Assembly: GCA_020536535.1 (NCBI GenBank)
Contig: JAHLWZ010000310.1
Span: 1-64,000 of the forward strand
Direction of reading: 5' to 3'
Source of the DNA: Pelomyxa schiedti
Taxonomy: Eukaryota > Protista > Evosea
DNA: 64,000 nt
In this document: positions 12,560 to 25,757 of the stretch, in pieces
Position numbering within the stretch: the first letter of the stretch is position 1
How the letters are laid out: every line of letters begins with the position of its first letter
Program-made: the position numbers and the translations under genes
Notes under the pieces: generated by a model
Database searches by the model: none
The model's input: only the letters and a program-made list of their open reading frames with translations
Told to the model about the DNA's origin: nothing

Positions 12560-14406
12560 ATGGTTATCGTTACGACGGATCTACACTTTGGGCGGCACAT
12601 AGGCCCTTGGTCACAAACACCGATCATTAATGCACTCAAGGCAGCCGCAACTTCTCCGCAAGACAAAGTGCTCATTATAGCGGGTGCGAGGGTTTTTTTT
12701 GTTTTGCTTTGTTGTTTTAGGTTAAACATTGCAAAGGGGACTTGGTGGATGATGACTCTCCTGATACTCTTGAATCTGCAATTAACTTTATCAAGACTTT
12801 GATAACGGATCACAAATTTGTGGTCATTTATACCCCCGGGAATCATGGTGTGGCGCATAACCATTATCCGCATAACCTTGGAACTCAATGGTTAATCGCA
12901 CTCCGTAGAAAGGAAGTTCTCTGGCAAGATGCAGAGGCTTTTTGAGCCAATTCAGAACCAATCTGCTTTGCAAGCCTTTGATTTTTCTTATTGTGATACT
13001 ATCACTAGACAAGGAGATGATGTTTTTATCTCGCTTTGTAGTGCTCACCAACTTGTACTCCTGACTCAAAGTTCATACAATTTCTTGTAATCTCCTCCAT
13101 TAACAGTGCCCACGAATTGAAAAGAAGCAACTAAAATGGGCTACGCAAATGCTTCGCTCACTTCACTTAGAATCATCAAGTGCAAGCAGAAGTCGTCTCC
13201 ACTTTATAACGCACTACTCTATGTGGTCGGATCCAAACGACACACACCATCTCATGGATTTCCGGGAAACTGTAGAAGACTCTCTCTTGGTCCCATTCAG
13301 ATTTTCTTCCGTAATCCATGCACACAGAACGAAGTATATGAACGCCCATCAATTCAAACCCTCTGATTGAAATTCGTAGGTTTACCTATGGTCAGGTGCA
13401 ACTGCCCAAGTCACACCAGAAAATTGTACGACTTGCTGCCCCAACACTGAACGGAAAGTGAGTCTTTGTCCAAAACAACTTACAAGAGGGAAACTCACAA
13501 TCACCAGGAAAGAAATCACCTTGTTAGTATGGGCTCCCCAACACTTGGAAACTGAACCGAAAGCAATAAAAGTCAGGATTGAAATGACACTGAAGGGTCA
13601 CCAGAAACACCTTGACCCTACCGAGATTATTGATGGCCCCAAAATTCCAGAAACCGACCTGTCCTCTTTCCATCTCCCCACTACCACCATTCCAACAATT
13701 ACATCGAGTCTACCCCCAGTACCGCATGTCGAACCCATCCCATTACCACCAGGATTCAACAGTCTGGACGAAATGATGGAAAAAGCTGCGCAAGATGCCA
13801 AAAGAATGTTTGACAATAGCATAGATTCCTTCAACAAAGGTAGTTGTCCCGATTCTCATCATATGACATTAACACCTACACTTTTTAGCACACCCAGCAC
13901 CCCCTCCCACTACAAGCACATCGGCAAGCAGTACAACTCCATCACATAACCCGGATCCACCCCCTCATAACGACTCTACCAATCACGACTCACCACAACC
14001 CACCACCACGGATCCTTCACGCCAACCACAACCACAACCACAACCACAACCACAATTAACATCAACAACAACACCAACTCCACAAACCCAACCACCATTG
14101 GCATCAACCCCCACTGCAACACCAAATCCCAGTGGCAGCAACCTAACATACACCACATACCCACAGCAACCCATGGTCATGGGCACAATGCCGCAAATGG
14201 GAATCGGCATGACACCAATGGGAATGGGGGGGACCATGCCACAAATGGGCATGGGAATGGGAATGGGAATGGGCATGCCAATGGGAATGACTCCAATGGG
14301 AATGGGATACCCCCAACAACGCCAAATGGGTTACATGCCACCTACCACTATGATGTACCCCCAAACCATGAACTACCCAATGGGCTACAGGCCCTATGGT
14401 CTGTAG
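12560..14406 (+). CDS. Calcineurin-like metallophosphoesterase with Pro/Thr- and Met/Gly-rich C-terminal tail
   Basis: TDLHFG, IAG|DLVD, PGNH|E, QLKW, HFITHY and IHAH motifs after splicing. Low-complexity MGMGMG tail ends at 14406. Confidence 0.7.
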
Positions 14407-14567
14407 AGTACATAAAAACAAAACTGTCCCAATTTGTTTTCAAATTAAATGAGCATCATGAGACCCTTAAACACCAGGTCACACTGCTTGTCTCTCACAC
14501 AAAAAGTAAAGAAAAAGTGCAATGAAGACTTGTTCTATTTTTTAGTGTGCAGGCAAAACTCCAAACA

Positions 14568-16022
14568 TTACCCCAAATCAGGACCAGCAGTAGCACAACA
14601 AAACGGGGCTGGTAATGTGATGTTGCATGAAGGATCCACTGGTAACCTCATGGGCCTGCATTCCCGACCAACACACTCCACAAACCCAAGAGATATGAAT
14701 GTAGTTGATGAGTAACTTGGTGCGGTATCTGGTATGTATACCTGTGTGCACAGGATTGTTATCGTTAGTTGCGGGGATAAGGCTTTATCTGACTGAATGT
14801 GCAAGAGGGTGTTTTATGAGAACCTGAACGCCTTTCATTAATGATTCAGGTGCATTCAAACAGAGTGCGGCAAGTAGAATTCGAAGAGAATGTTCGTTGT
14901 GGGCATAAATTGGCCCTATTTGCAAAGACATCGCACCTTCCTAAATGAGGAAAAAAAAAGGTCAAAAGGTTGCGACTCGAAACGGAACAGCAAACCTTGC
15001 ACAGAAGACCCTCTGAAGGTTTCACCGGCTTGACGCAAACTGAGTTTGAAAGAAAATGGTCAGCAAGACACACACCATGAGGAGGGCCATCTGTGGGAGA
15101 ATGTATCCATAAGGGAAGATGGCACGATTTGCGAGTATCTGAAAGAAACATACAGAAGAAATTAACCAAGAAAGAAGAGTTTTGTGAAGTAGTTTACACT
15201 CGTTCTGTCTGCTCCAAATGAAAGTCTGTCTGTGTGAGCAAGCAATTTTCTTTCAGCAATCCCAGCCAACCCTTTTGCTTCATCAAGTTCGCTTCTTGAA
15301 AAGACTGAGAGAGCTGTTCTTTTATTATCAATCACTCAGAGAGGCCAACAAGAAAAAAGGTGTAAAAACCTGAAATTGTCCGCCATATAGAGCCGATTGT
15401 GGGTGTTTTGATCCATGAATCCAATTCGTTTGTAAATGCCATATCCCATTGCCGAGGCATCCAGACCAAGAATTTGAACACCCTGGGAAATCAGAATTTC
15501 ATCCGCTTTTCTGACTAGGGCTTCACATATCCCTTGTGAAAAAAGTTTTCCAATAGGATACAGCGGTGACAGCACTTAAACCTTTACGCCTGTGTGCGGA
15601 AGTGACAATCACAGCAGCAATTAACCCGTACTTTTTGTCATCAGTGATTCCCCCACAAGTGGTTCCAACAAGGAGCCCAGAAACTGTTACAGCTGCCAGG
15701 CAACACTGAAGCCAAAGTCACATCGAAGAGACAAAACAAACAGAAGTAAGTAGTGGGTGATGATCACAATTGGGTTGTTTTCCATAAACATCCTCCATGG
15801 TCTCTCACTTGCATGGTTGCACCACCCAACCTGTGTAAAAAGTGAGTTGCGTTGTTTTGTTTTTATTTTGCTGCTCAAGCATCTCATCCCCTCCAAACTC
15901 TTAGCGGTGAATTAAGTGATTGAGCCCACCTCATTTTCCAATGCAATTGCAGCATCGATGTCACTCTCCTGCAACTGCCTTATTCTGTACTCGCTCCCAT
16001 CACCGATGCACCACCCTTCCAT
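14568..16022 (-). CDS. Two-domain GNAT acetyltransferase (YitH/HolE-like)
   Basis: YRIRQLQESDI..VGW, VIVTSAHRRK|GICEALV, LDASAMGYGIYKRIGF, C-terminal ATAGPDLG*. Confidence 0.75.
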
Positions 16023-16194
16023 CACAATTAAACAAAAAGCTTCGACTCTCCTAAAACCGCCAAAGCGGTTGATGACGCGACAGGCGGCGCAAACTCCAGG
16101 GGCGATCGACAGTCGCTCCACATCGGTGCAGCAGCAGGGCACCTGCCATTCGCCGGCAGAGGGCCCGCCCCCCTCCTCGGCATCACTCCATATA

Positions 16195-19100
16195 AGCGCT
16201 TGCCAACCCAGTCAGGCTTTTGCCAGAAAACCAGGCTTCGTCTGGCTTACTCCTTTTCAGAAATGCCTGCTCATATGTGGGTTTTGGGGGATGAAACTCT
16301 CATTTCGTTTCAATAAGTTTTGGTTTTTACAGTGTTGGCTCAGAAGAACACTGTTGGCTGTTGTTGGGTTTTATGTAGTTAGCATGGAATTGTCCAAGGG
16401 GGAACATCACCACCCAAGAGCGTAAAGGAAATTTCTGTTGGGTGAGCAGTGACTGCTTGCACCAGAGAGAAGCAAGCATTGGGGTTGAAGTACTCACAAG
16501 TGTATTTTGGTTTTTTTTGTGGTGATGTGGTATTACCTGCTGTCTGACTGATGACAGTCGTGGTGTGCCTGGGATTGATTTGATACAGGCCAGAGGAGTG
16601 AACCTGGAGGTTGCAAGATTTTGGTCTTTCCAGAAAGGGGCCGGAGATGGCATAGTTGTGGTGCCAAGGGAAAGGAAATTGCACAATAATAAGATAGCAG
16701 GTGGCCAAGAGCTAGTGGGAACCTCTTTGACTAGTGTGCTGTTTAATCTTCTCTTTGGGAAGTCAGATCACCCTTTTTTGTCTGAGAGGACTGGCATCTT
16801 GCTGAGCTGTGAACAAGACAGTAAGGGAACTTTCTGGTACCTCGTGTGAGCAATGAAATGGAAACCACAGGGTGTCTCAGTGTGTGAGTCAAGTATGACA
16901 GCAAAAAATCTCTCTCTGTTACTCTCAGAGAAAAACAGAGATTTTTCCCATGGAAAAAGCATGAATAACAGAACAGGAATCCTTCAGGCATTCTTTCAAG
17001 GCACAAGTGAAAGGCGGCACAAGGGAACATGTGTTGTGAATCCATCACACAGGACTTGTCTTGCATTTAACTGTTCCTGAAATGAGTGGATTGAGTGAAT
17101 GGCAAAACAACCACACACAACACATATGATGTAAGGCAGTCAAGACAGACATTACACATGAATGGAATAAAACCAGAAGTAGAAAGAAAACGGACTGGCT
17201 GAAAGAGCTTGAGCTGGACGCTGTGCTCCATTCACAAAAGGTGGTACATCCAGCTCATTGTGAAGAAAAGTAAGGTCAGCCACCATAAAAGAGAACCTTG
17301 TTGCCTTGGAGTGAGTTTGAGCTGCACATAGGGTCAAGTACAGTGGAACACTTCTGTGTTGTGAGGACAAAAGGGCAAAAGGAAAAAAAAAAAGGAATCT
17401 GAATGTCATTGTGCCATGTGGGATGTGTTCTAGTTACTGTGAACCATCTTCAGCCGCAATGACCCCCTTCATGCACTGTGCGGTTGGAGTTGAGGAGAGG
17501 CATTCACAGTGCTTTTGGACCCACGGTGCTGTGGTTCGTTGCCACACTTTTCGTCCCATCACTGAGTTCGGTGTTGTGCATGTTTCACCTCATTTTTCAC
17601 CTTGACACCACTCACTTCTCGGATTTTTTTCTGGCCGGCGCCGGCCGAACCATCGCCAAGACTCGACACCACAAAATCGAAAAACAACAACTTCTTCCCG
17701 GAAATCGGTCCGGCCGGCGCCGGCTGAACGAATCCCAGATTTGACACCCAATCTTCGTTTTTGTTCCTGACAATAGCCCCACCACTCACAGCACTGGTCG
17801 TAGTCTCTCCAGTTGTTTGTTGTTGTTTCGGTTCACATCCGGAGAAAAGCGTCCTCTGAGACTTGCCAAGGGGTCGGTGGCTCTCCCCCTCAAGACAAAA
17901 CACGACACTGTCCAAAAAACATGTTTTATAGTGCGCGATGGTGCGGTTTTTGTGGTTGAGGGGTGCCAAAAAAGAGTTCATCGGGGGTGGCCCTGTGTTT
18001 TTGCCACCCCTCTCAGGGGTGTGTGGCAAGACACTATTTCGGTTTTTTTGTTCATTTTGTGTCTTTTGCTGCATGTTTTTGTGGTTTTTGCCAAGTGATA
18101 CACAGTGCAGCGAAGTGAACTCCCAGCGTTTTATTCGGCCAAGGGAATGTTTTCATTGGGGCATGGGCCCCTGCTCGTATGTCCCACAGATGCTTCCTGG
18201 TTTCCATTGACCGCAGCCAGGGAGAGTATGTATCCCTTTTCTTTTCTGCCCACAGTTTGAAAGTGTGTTTATTCTCAGACACCAACAAAGTTGTGGGACT
18301 CGTTCCCTGTGTGCTTGTTCCTTTCTGCCTTGGTGTTGTGGTTTTAATGTTTCACCACACATGCAACATATAACCCTTGTGATCTGCTGCGTGTTGTTTG
18401 TTGGATTTTCCCTTTTACTTTGTACAGCATGTGGAAAAACCCTTTGGGCTCAGGGCCTACTTTCTGTTTGCGCAGAAATGTGCTGACCAATGGTGAAAGC
18501 TTCTGCAGAATGTGGTGGATAGTTCGGCTTTGATATTCATGTTAATTCTCATCAGAAAAAGGTTGCAAGTTGCCAACAGTATCATGAATTTGAACTTCCA
18601 AGATGGATGCGTGTATTTCTGAGATGTCTGTACTGACTCAGAAAGGAAAAACCCACGCCAATGCACTTCAAAGAGTGAATCCCCTGCGTTGTTTCTGCAT
18701 GAATACAAACTTCCTGCGTGAGTCTTGCATCTCACAATCACTACTAACACTAATACAGTGTTTGTAATGTCCTTCACACCAGCAACGCCATGAGAAGTTT
18801 ACATGTACTTCACATGATGTTATTTTCGGTCTTCAAAGAATCTGAAGCACAGCAGCACAATCTGTAACACCTTCAGTTGTGAAGTAAGTTTACCAGAGCT
18901 AGAGACTTATGTGTGTATTCTGTGACTTTCCATGCTGTTTTCGAAAGATACTCGATTCTCTGTGGGGTAATGGAAGAATATGGTCACCTGTTTTTCCCAC
19001 TGGGGGGTGATTTGTTTATCTTACAGCTTTTCACTTTGTTTGTGCCAACTGTTTGGCAAGAAGCATTTTGGGAATGACAACAAGTCCGCTGTTGAGGCAT

Positions 19101-19653
19101 TAGCTTATGACCATTAAAACCCTGAATTAACCTGTTCCAGAAAGGCTTAACATGGTCACTGGATGCTTTCCCTGGCATGGCCGAATTGAGGCACCCAGGT
19201 TTTATTCTCTGTACCCTTGTCATCAGTGTCTGTTGTGTCTTTTTTTCAGAACCTTTTCCCATAGTGCTCCATTTTCCCTCTTGTAGTTTTACACCCCCAG
19301 GAAAAAGCATCCTGCTTTTCTTCAAGGTGGCTTTTTTGCATCTCAGAGTTGTGGTGCCAGTCTAGAAAAGAAAAAACACAATTTTGTCTCCAGTTTTTCT
19401 TCTGGTTGTTGGTGTGCAAGCCATTTTTTTACAAGGTGCAGTGGCACCCTCAACGCAACTCACCCAAGAATCTTCCGAAAACACAAGATGATTCACAACA
19501 TCCAACAGTGAAACCAGGAAAAAAAAACCCCAAACTGAAAAAATGTGAAGCACAGTGGGTGTTGAAACCCCCCACAAGCTGGGAAAAAAGGGTATTTCTC
19601 ACAAACAGGAAGCCTGGTATTAAGGCAAAAGCCTGACTGTGTTGGCAAGCGCT
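16195..19653. mobile_element. 3.46-kb TIR DNA transposon, probably non-autonomous or decayed, with TA flanks
   Basis: 45-bp inverted repeats at 16195-16239 and 19609-19653 (41/45 match, AGCGCTTGCCAAC.CAGTCAGGCTTTTGCC...ACCAGGCTTC). TA on both sides (16193-16194 and 19654-19655). No recognisable transposase or intact gene inside. Confidence 0.8.
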
Positions 19654-20825
19654 TAACTGCTGAACTTTAGGGTGTAAGATTCCTCCAGCATAGGGATAGG
19701 CTGATGCCACAAACAATTACCAGTGAGGGCATCAAGGAGTGCAATGTAGTCACGTCTTTGGACTGCAATCAACCCATTGTCAACCTTGAAGGCTGTGTCA
19801 GCTAAGTGGAACACAGAGCATGGAGCAACCCAGCCATCAGCATTTGAGAACACTCGCAGGGTGTCAGTGCCACAATCAAACTCACAAAAGTGGCATTCAT
19901 CAACCTTGATTGGAAATGAAGTGCACTTCCTGATCACATTGTTTGTTTCCAAGTTGACCAGGAAAATGTCCCGCTGGCAGGGCACCCGAAAAACCTGTGG
20001 TGCAGCAAGGAATGTGTACTTGTCAGACCAGTAAAAGGAATAACAGGTGTCCGCATGGAACTCTTGAATGATGGAGAACACACCCTGTTGGTACGTTTTC
20101 GCCAGGTCAACAATCCACAGTGCGCGATTGCCCCCTCTCTTCGTCACTGACACCACAGCACTGTTCCCACTGTGCCTGCCCACCATCACATCGATCCAAT
20201 TCACAGCCTCCAACTCTCCAATTGACACCACCCTCACAGGAAATTGCATTGATGGCCTCCTTCCTGTGCTGCTCCCAGTCAGTGGCTTTGGCCTCGGCCA
20301 CATCGGGAAGCTTTTCCTGTCCGCCGCGTACACCAACTGCCACCGCTTGTTCCTCACCATCGATGCGTTGCGGGTGTCAAAGGTGCCGTCCCACCGAGCC
20401 ACCTCCTGCTCTGTTTCAAGCTCCGCAATCACAGAGTGAGAGGGGAGCTCGACTGGAACAGGAGCTGCGAAGTGATCGCGGTCCACCCACCCGTAAATAA
20501 ACTTGGTGCACATCTTCGTTTGGCGCTCAACGTCCACGACGCCAAGTGTGTGTGACACACTCACAAACCACGTGGCTTCCACTTGCCGATACACTGAATC
20601 GCGAGAGCCCACAACGACGCTGTCGCGCACACCCATGATCCAGTTTCTGCCGATTTCGTGGCACAACACGTGGTGGGGAATCACCCGCAAAGGTGACACC
20701 GACGCGCACCGTCCCACAATTCCCCCAGAGCACAGAGCAACGAATTGGTCTCGTGCCCACAAAACGTGGTAGGCAGGTGGCATCGGGGTTACCTGCGAAC
20801 GACGGAACAAGAGTCGAAACGCCAT
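19653..20825 (-). CDS. Intronless hypothetical protein (about 390 aa), likely from a lineage-expanded family
   Basis: Long uninterrupted ORF (first ATG at 20825) with an ARDQFVAL..GRC..SPLR..HEIGRNW..HTLGVV N-terminal pattern. No known domain recognised. Confidence 0.65.
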   Translation of the reverse strand: MAFRLLFRRSQVTPMPPAYHVLWARDQFVALCSGGIVGRCASVSPLRVIPHHVLCHEIGRNWIMGVRDSVVVGSRDSVYRQVEATWFVSVSHTLGVVDVERQTKMCTKFIYGWVDRDHFAAPVPVELPSHSVIAELETEQEVARWDGTFDTRNASMVRNKRWQLVYAADRKSFPMWPRPKPLTGSSTGRRPSMQFPVRVVSIGELEAVNWIDVMVGRHSGNSAVVSVTKRGGNRALWIVDLAKTYQQGVFSIIQEFHADTCYSFYWSDKYTFLAAPQVFRVPCQRDIFLVNLETNNVIRKCTSFPIKVDECHFCEFDCGTDTLRVFSNADGWVAPCSVFHLADTAFKVDNGLIAVQRRDYIALLDALTGNCLWHQPIPMLEESYTLKFSS

Positions 20826-21075
20826 CAATTCTTCGATTTCTGATGAGGGACTTGGACTCACCTCACCTGAGTGCCCACTGATTGAGGAGTTGAGTGCCAA
20901 CGCATGGAACTACTCTCTCTACTGTATACGAGAGAGTGCCTTTTCAAAAAGCGAAAGTACCGTAATTCACAAAAGAAACTATTGATGAGTAGCGGCAACG
21001 AGTGCAGGTGCCTGGCACACTCAGCAAACTTCAACAAAAAACAAACTGGTTTGTACCCACTGACAACAACCAAAT

Positions 21076-22401
21076 ATGACGACGATGATGCACCGAACGA
21101 GCGGTGGGATTATGGGCGGAGGCGGCGGGGGGGTTGGGCTGAGGTTCACGGTGAGGATCGCGGCGGTCGACCACATACAGCCAGGCCGCGACGTCGAGGT
21201 TGCGTGGTGCCACGGCCTGAGGGCAAGGCAGCGCGGCAGGACCGTCGCCGCTACCGCCTCCTCATCCCCACTTATGGGAGCTACTTGTGGTGTATCTGGC
21301 ACGTCACCTGTTGTTACAATGATGACTGGGACTGGTACTGGGACTGGGACTATGAATACAGGAGGTGCTGTTCAGGGTGTGTCTGGTTATTGTTATTACT
21401 AACTTGATTGATGAATTCATAATAATTATTAAGTACGGGGTGAGATTGGGAATGAGATTTTGTTTGGGGAAGGGGGATTTTAAATCAAGCACAAGTGATA
21501 CGTGGTTATAATTGATATCCTTCAATTCTTCTAATTTATGTTTAGTTGCAACTGTTGGGGAGGGTGGAGCTGTTGCGAGATGGGGCGGTGGCGGGGAGTC
21601 TTTCAGCGTGGCTATCAACGAACCTGGCTCTAGGAACGCTGGTGTTGTGTGGAGGCTCGCGGCCAATGCTGCACAGAGGGTGGCCAGGATCGTGGGAGTT
21701 GGTGAGGATATGACTGAAGGTGTGATCAAGTTTGAGATGTGGGAGAGGGTGAGGAAATCTGGTGCTGTAGTTGTACTGAAGGCCGCTTCTTCAAAGCTCA
21801 TTGGAAAGGTTCCATCTTCCCTCCTTTTTTCTGTATTCACTTTAACTCTACTAAAGGCAAGTCTGGACTTGAGTGAGTTTGTTGATGCCACTAATGCTCC
21901 CAAATTCATTGACTTCAAGCTTAAAAATGTTTCACCGGCTGTATGCGTTCCCAAAATTACATTTCCGCAAGAAACAGCATTTCTCATTTTCCCACGCAGG
22001 TTCTGTGCCCAAGGTTACTTGTGTACATCACATGCGAGAGGCAGCCCCTTAATGCGCAGCTTGTAGGCCCCCCAATGACAGTCATTGCCCAGCAGCAACA
22101 ACCCCTTACTGTCCCACCCCCTTTGGCCACCATTCCCACGGTTACCCCCGCTTCTGCATTACCTTCTGGTTCCAATAACCAACCTTCTGTAAGCACTGTG
22201 ACCCCCACGCAACAACCCCAATCACAGAGTCCCTCCGTAATGTATCCTTCTTGTGGCACTGGGTCAGCGTCATCCTCTACTTCTGAACTGAGTTCATCCA
22301 TTTGTTCTGCCCCAGTTACCTCTATCAGTACTACAACTAGTCCTGAGCAAATCTCCACCTTTCTTCCTTCACCTGTCACTTCTGCGACCAACACTGAATA
22401 A
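21076..22401 (+). CDS. Putative NT-C2 (EEIG1/EHBP1-type C2) domain protein with Ser/Thr/Pro-rich tail
   Basis: Spliceable ORF segments LRFTVRIAAVDHI..VEVAW, IKFEMWE, KLIGK|ASLDLSEFV, LLVYITC. Domain call is tentative. Confidence 0.5.
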
Positions 22402-22480
22402 AATGCCAACATGAAGTCATTTATAATAGAATTTCTATTGTTATTGTTTACAATTCTGTTGTTCTTTCTTGAAGCCACTA

Positions 22481-23395
22481 TTAACATATGCAGCACTTTG
22501 GTGGGGAAGTGCGGTTTGGTGCCTGGGGTCTCATTTGCCTCACCAATTGGTGAAACACCTCGCGTACATTGACTTGTTCTTTGCAGGAGGTCTCCCTGGT
22601 GCATTCTGTTAGTTGGTGTGGAAAACCACAAGGGTATTACATAAATGGAATTCCGTAGCTATTTGCCAGGGTGGTTCCTTCAGTGAGGGAAACTTGCCTC
22701 TGTGTAAGATCGGATTTGTTGCCGCACAGAACCATTGGGAACGTTGGGTTCTTCTGAGTCAAGCATTTGTCTCTGTTCATAACATCACCGTAACGCATTG
22801 CGGTTTTTTTAAGGATACCTAATAGCTGGAATGTTTTCAAATGATGACCGAGAATCAATCGCATAAACAATGACGAACCCATTCGCTTCGGCCATATACC
22901 TTGAAAATGTTAAGGCGAGATAGAATGGTTTTCCATAAAGAAGAACTGGCTACTGTTTATACAAAGAACTCGGTTCAGTATTCGGACCTGAAAAGTAATG
23001 TAACAAAGAAACATTTCATGCTGAATTCAGCACACCAATATCCAAGATATCCAATACACAGGCCGGCTCCTCATCAATGCAAACTCCTTGTCGGTAGGTG
23101 TCCTAAAGAAAGAGTTATTAATACAATAACAGCCTTTTGACATGACCTCATTAGATGGTGCCCACTCTTTTAAAAAAAAAAAACCCAATTATGGCACGCG
23201 TAAGTTCCATAGTATCGTGAAGATGAAGGAAAATGGAGAAATACCCCCAACGAAAGCACCTACACTAAAGGCCACAATCAAAGCCGACTTACCCACACCA
23301 CGTTCTCCTTCAACAACTACTTTATATTCCTACATGTGCATCGTCAACAAACTGAACAACCACGTTGATCACACGCAACCAACTTGTACTGCCAT
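22481..23395 (-). CDS. Divergent Ras-family GTPase with CaaX
   Basis: MAVQ|EYKVVVEGERGVGKSAL, E|DTYRQ, CVLDILDI, GFVIVYAI, MVLCGNKSDL, ETSCK, C-terminal KCCIC*. Confidence 0.85.
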
Positions 23396-23561
23396 CAAAG
23401 GATCAGATGGTCGCTTTCTGTGAACAGTAAAAAATTTTGTCCAACACGTGGACACAACGAAGACGATGAAAACGTAGAGACTATGTCGAGTGTGAGGGGG
23501 TTTAAAAAGTCATCTTACGATGCAAACCAAACACAAATAAATAAAAAAATAAACAAAGTAA

Positions 23562-24243
<682 letters not shown>

Positions 24244-24518
24244 GCTGAGAGGAAACATGGAATGTTAAGGGGAACCTTAACATACCACTTGTCAAATACA
24301 ATGTAAAAAGAAGATTATGGCATTTGGCAGTAGTTGCCTGCACACACTTTTTAAGCTCCGCTTTACACATAGGTACAAAATTATAAAAAACAAAGCCTGG
24401 AACATCAGAGCCCATCCTCAGTGCGACAAGTCCGTATTCCAATTTTTTGGACTCAGACACAGTCGCAGTTGCGGACCAGCTCTTAATCTCTTAAACTACA
24501 AAAAAGCGGTCTGTGTCG

Positions 24519-25664
24519 ATGAGGAGTCGTGAGGCGACGCGGGTCGGTGTGACGGGGGCGTGCGGGCGAATCGGCAGGGTGCTGGCTCGTCACTGGACCT
24601 CCCACTCCCACAATCGCGATGTCACTCTGTTTGTTCGCGACGAGGAACAGAAGGCCGCCCTCGACGCCGACATCATCGCGTCCGCGGCGCAGTTACCACC
24701 AACTACTACAACAACTACAACTTGCAGAGTTGTGGACCTGGTCACTTGCACCAACTTGGAGGGTGATTCTGTCCGCTCCTTGCTATTTATTTTATATACG
24801 CACATATCCATTTACATTGTAATCGCTGACCAGAAGTGTTCTCTGGATTGGATGTTGTTATTCACTTGGCGGCTTTGGTTGATTGCAGCACTGACGCTAG
24901 TAATGTCCGGCTGTGGAACGGAATTCTACACAACAACATAGCTGCAACATATAACGTATTAAACGCTTGCGTCAAGGCAAAGGTATCTCAACAACAACCC
25001 CGTTTGCCCTGACATGAAATAAACCTAAAAAGAACAGGTCAAGAGAGTGATTCTGGCCTCTTCGAATCACGTGCAACACGGAATCACAATTGGTGACCCA
25101 AAGGACCCCCGTACTTTGGGCCCAAACAAGCTCGGCGGCAGAAGGATGCATATTGGCGATGATCCATGGCCCGATAGCCTCTACGGTGCCAGTAAACTCT
25201 TTGCCGAAGACCTGGGCAAAGTATATGCACTCCGCTACGGGCTAGAAGTAGTTGCCTTAAGAATTGGCTGGGTCAGAATAAGAGGTAAATATTCACGCCT
25301 GTTTCAACCACTAATTCACAAGTACAGATGATCCCAGCGATTTGCGAGGAACTCCAAGTGAGCCGTTCATGCGGGCCATATACCTAAGCTATAAAGATTG
25401 TATTGGGTTCTTCAATGCTGTATGCCGGCCTCTCCAACCCACAACACTCTGACCTCCTTTCCTATTTCGCATCTAATAAGTTACACAAAGGCCATTGACA
25501 CGCCACTGAAAGGGAAGACACCAAAAGGAATTCCATTCATGTGTGCCTATGCATGCAGCAACAACACACTGAGAGTGTGGGACCTCTCTCAGTCGATATT
25601 ACGGCTTGGGTATTCACCCACCGACAATGCTGAGCTGTTTTTCCTCCCCTCTGCAAAACTCTAA
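24519..25664 (+). CDS. NAD-dependent epimerase/dehydratase (extended SDR), uronate dehydrogenase-like
   Basis: VTGACGRIG, VVIHLAA, ASSNHV, PDSLYGASK, LRIGW, SNN..VWDL..LGYSPTDNAE. Confidence 0.8.
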
Positions 25665-25757
25665 GTAACTTAGTTGCACAAAGGGAAGGAGCAAACCAAG
25701 TGGAATATTAAGAAACGCCTACAAGGAAAAGGAAAAATAAAACAAACAAACAATTGT

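Noticed and set aside
16327-19325. ORF fragments inside the TIR element as a transposase
   Set aside because: No DDE/DDD or HTH motif is recognisable by eye, so they are left unassigned.
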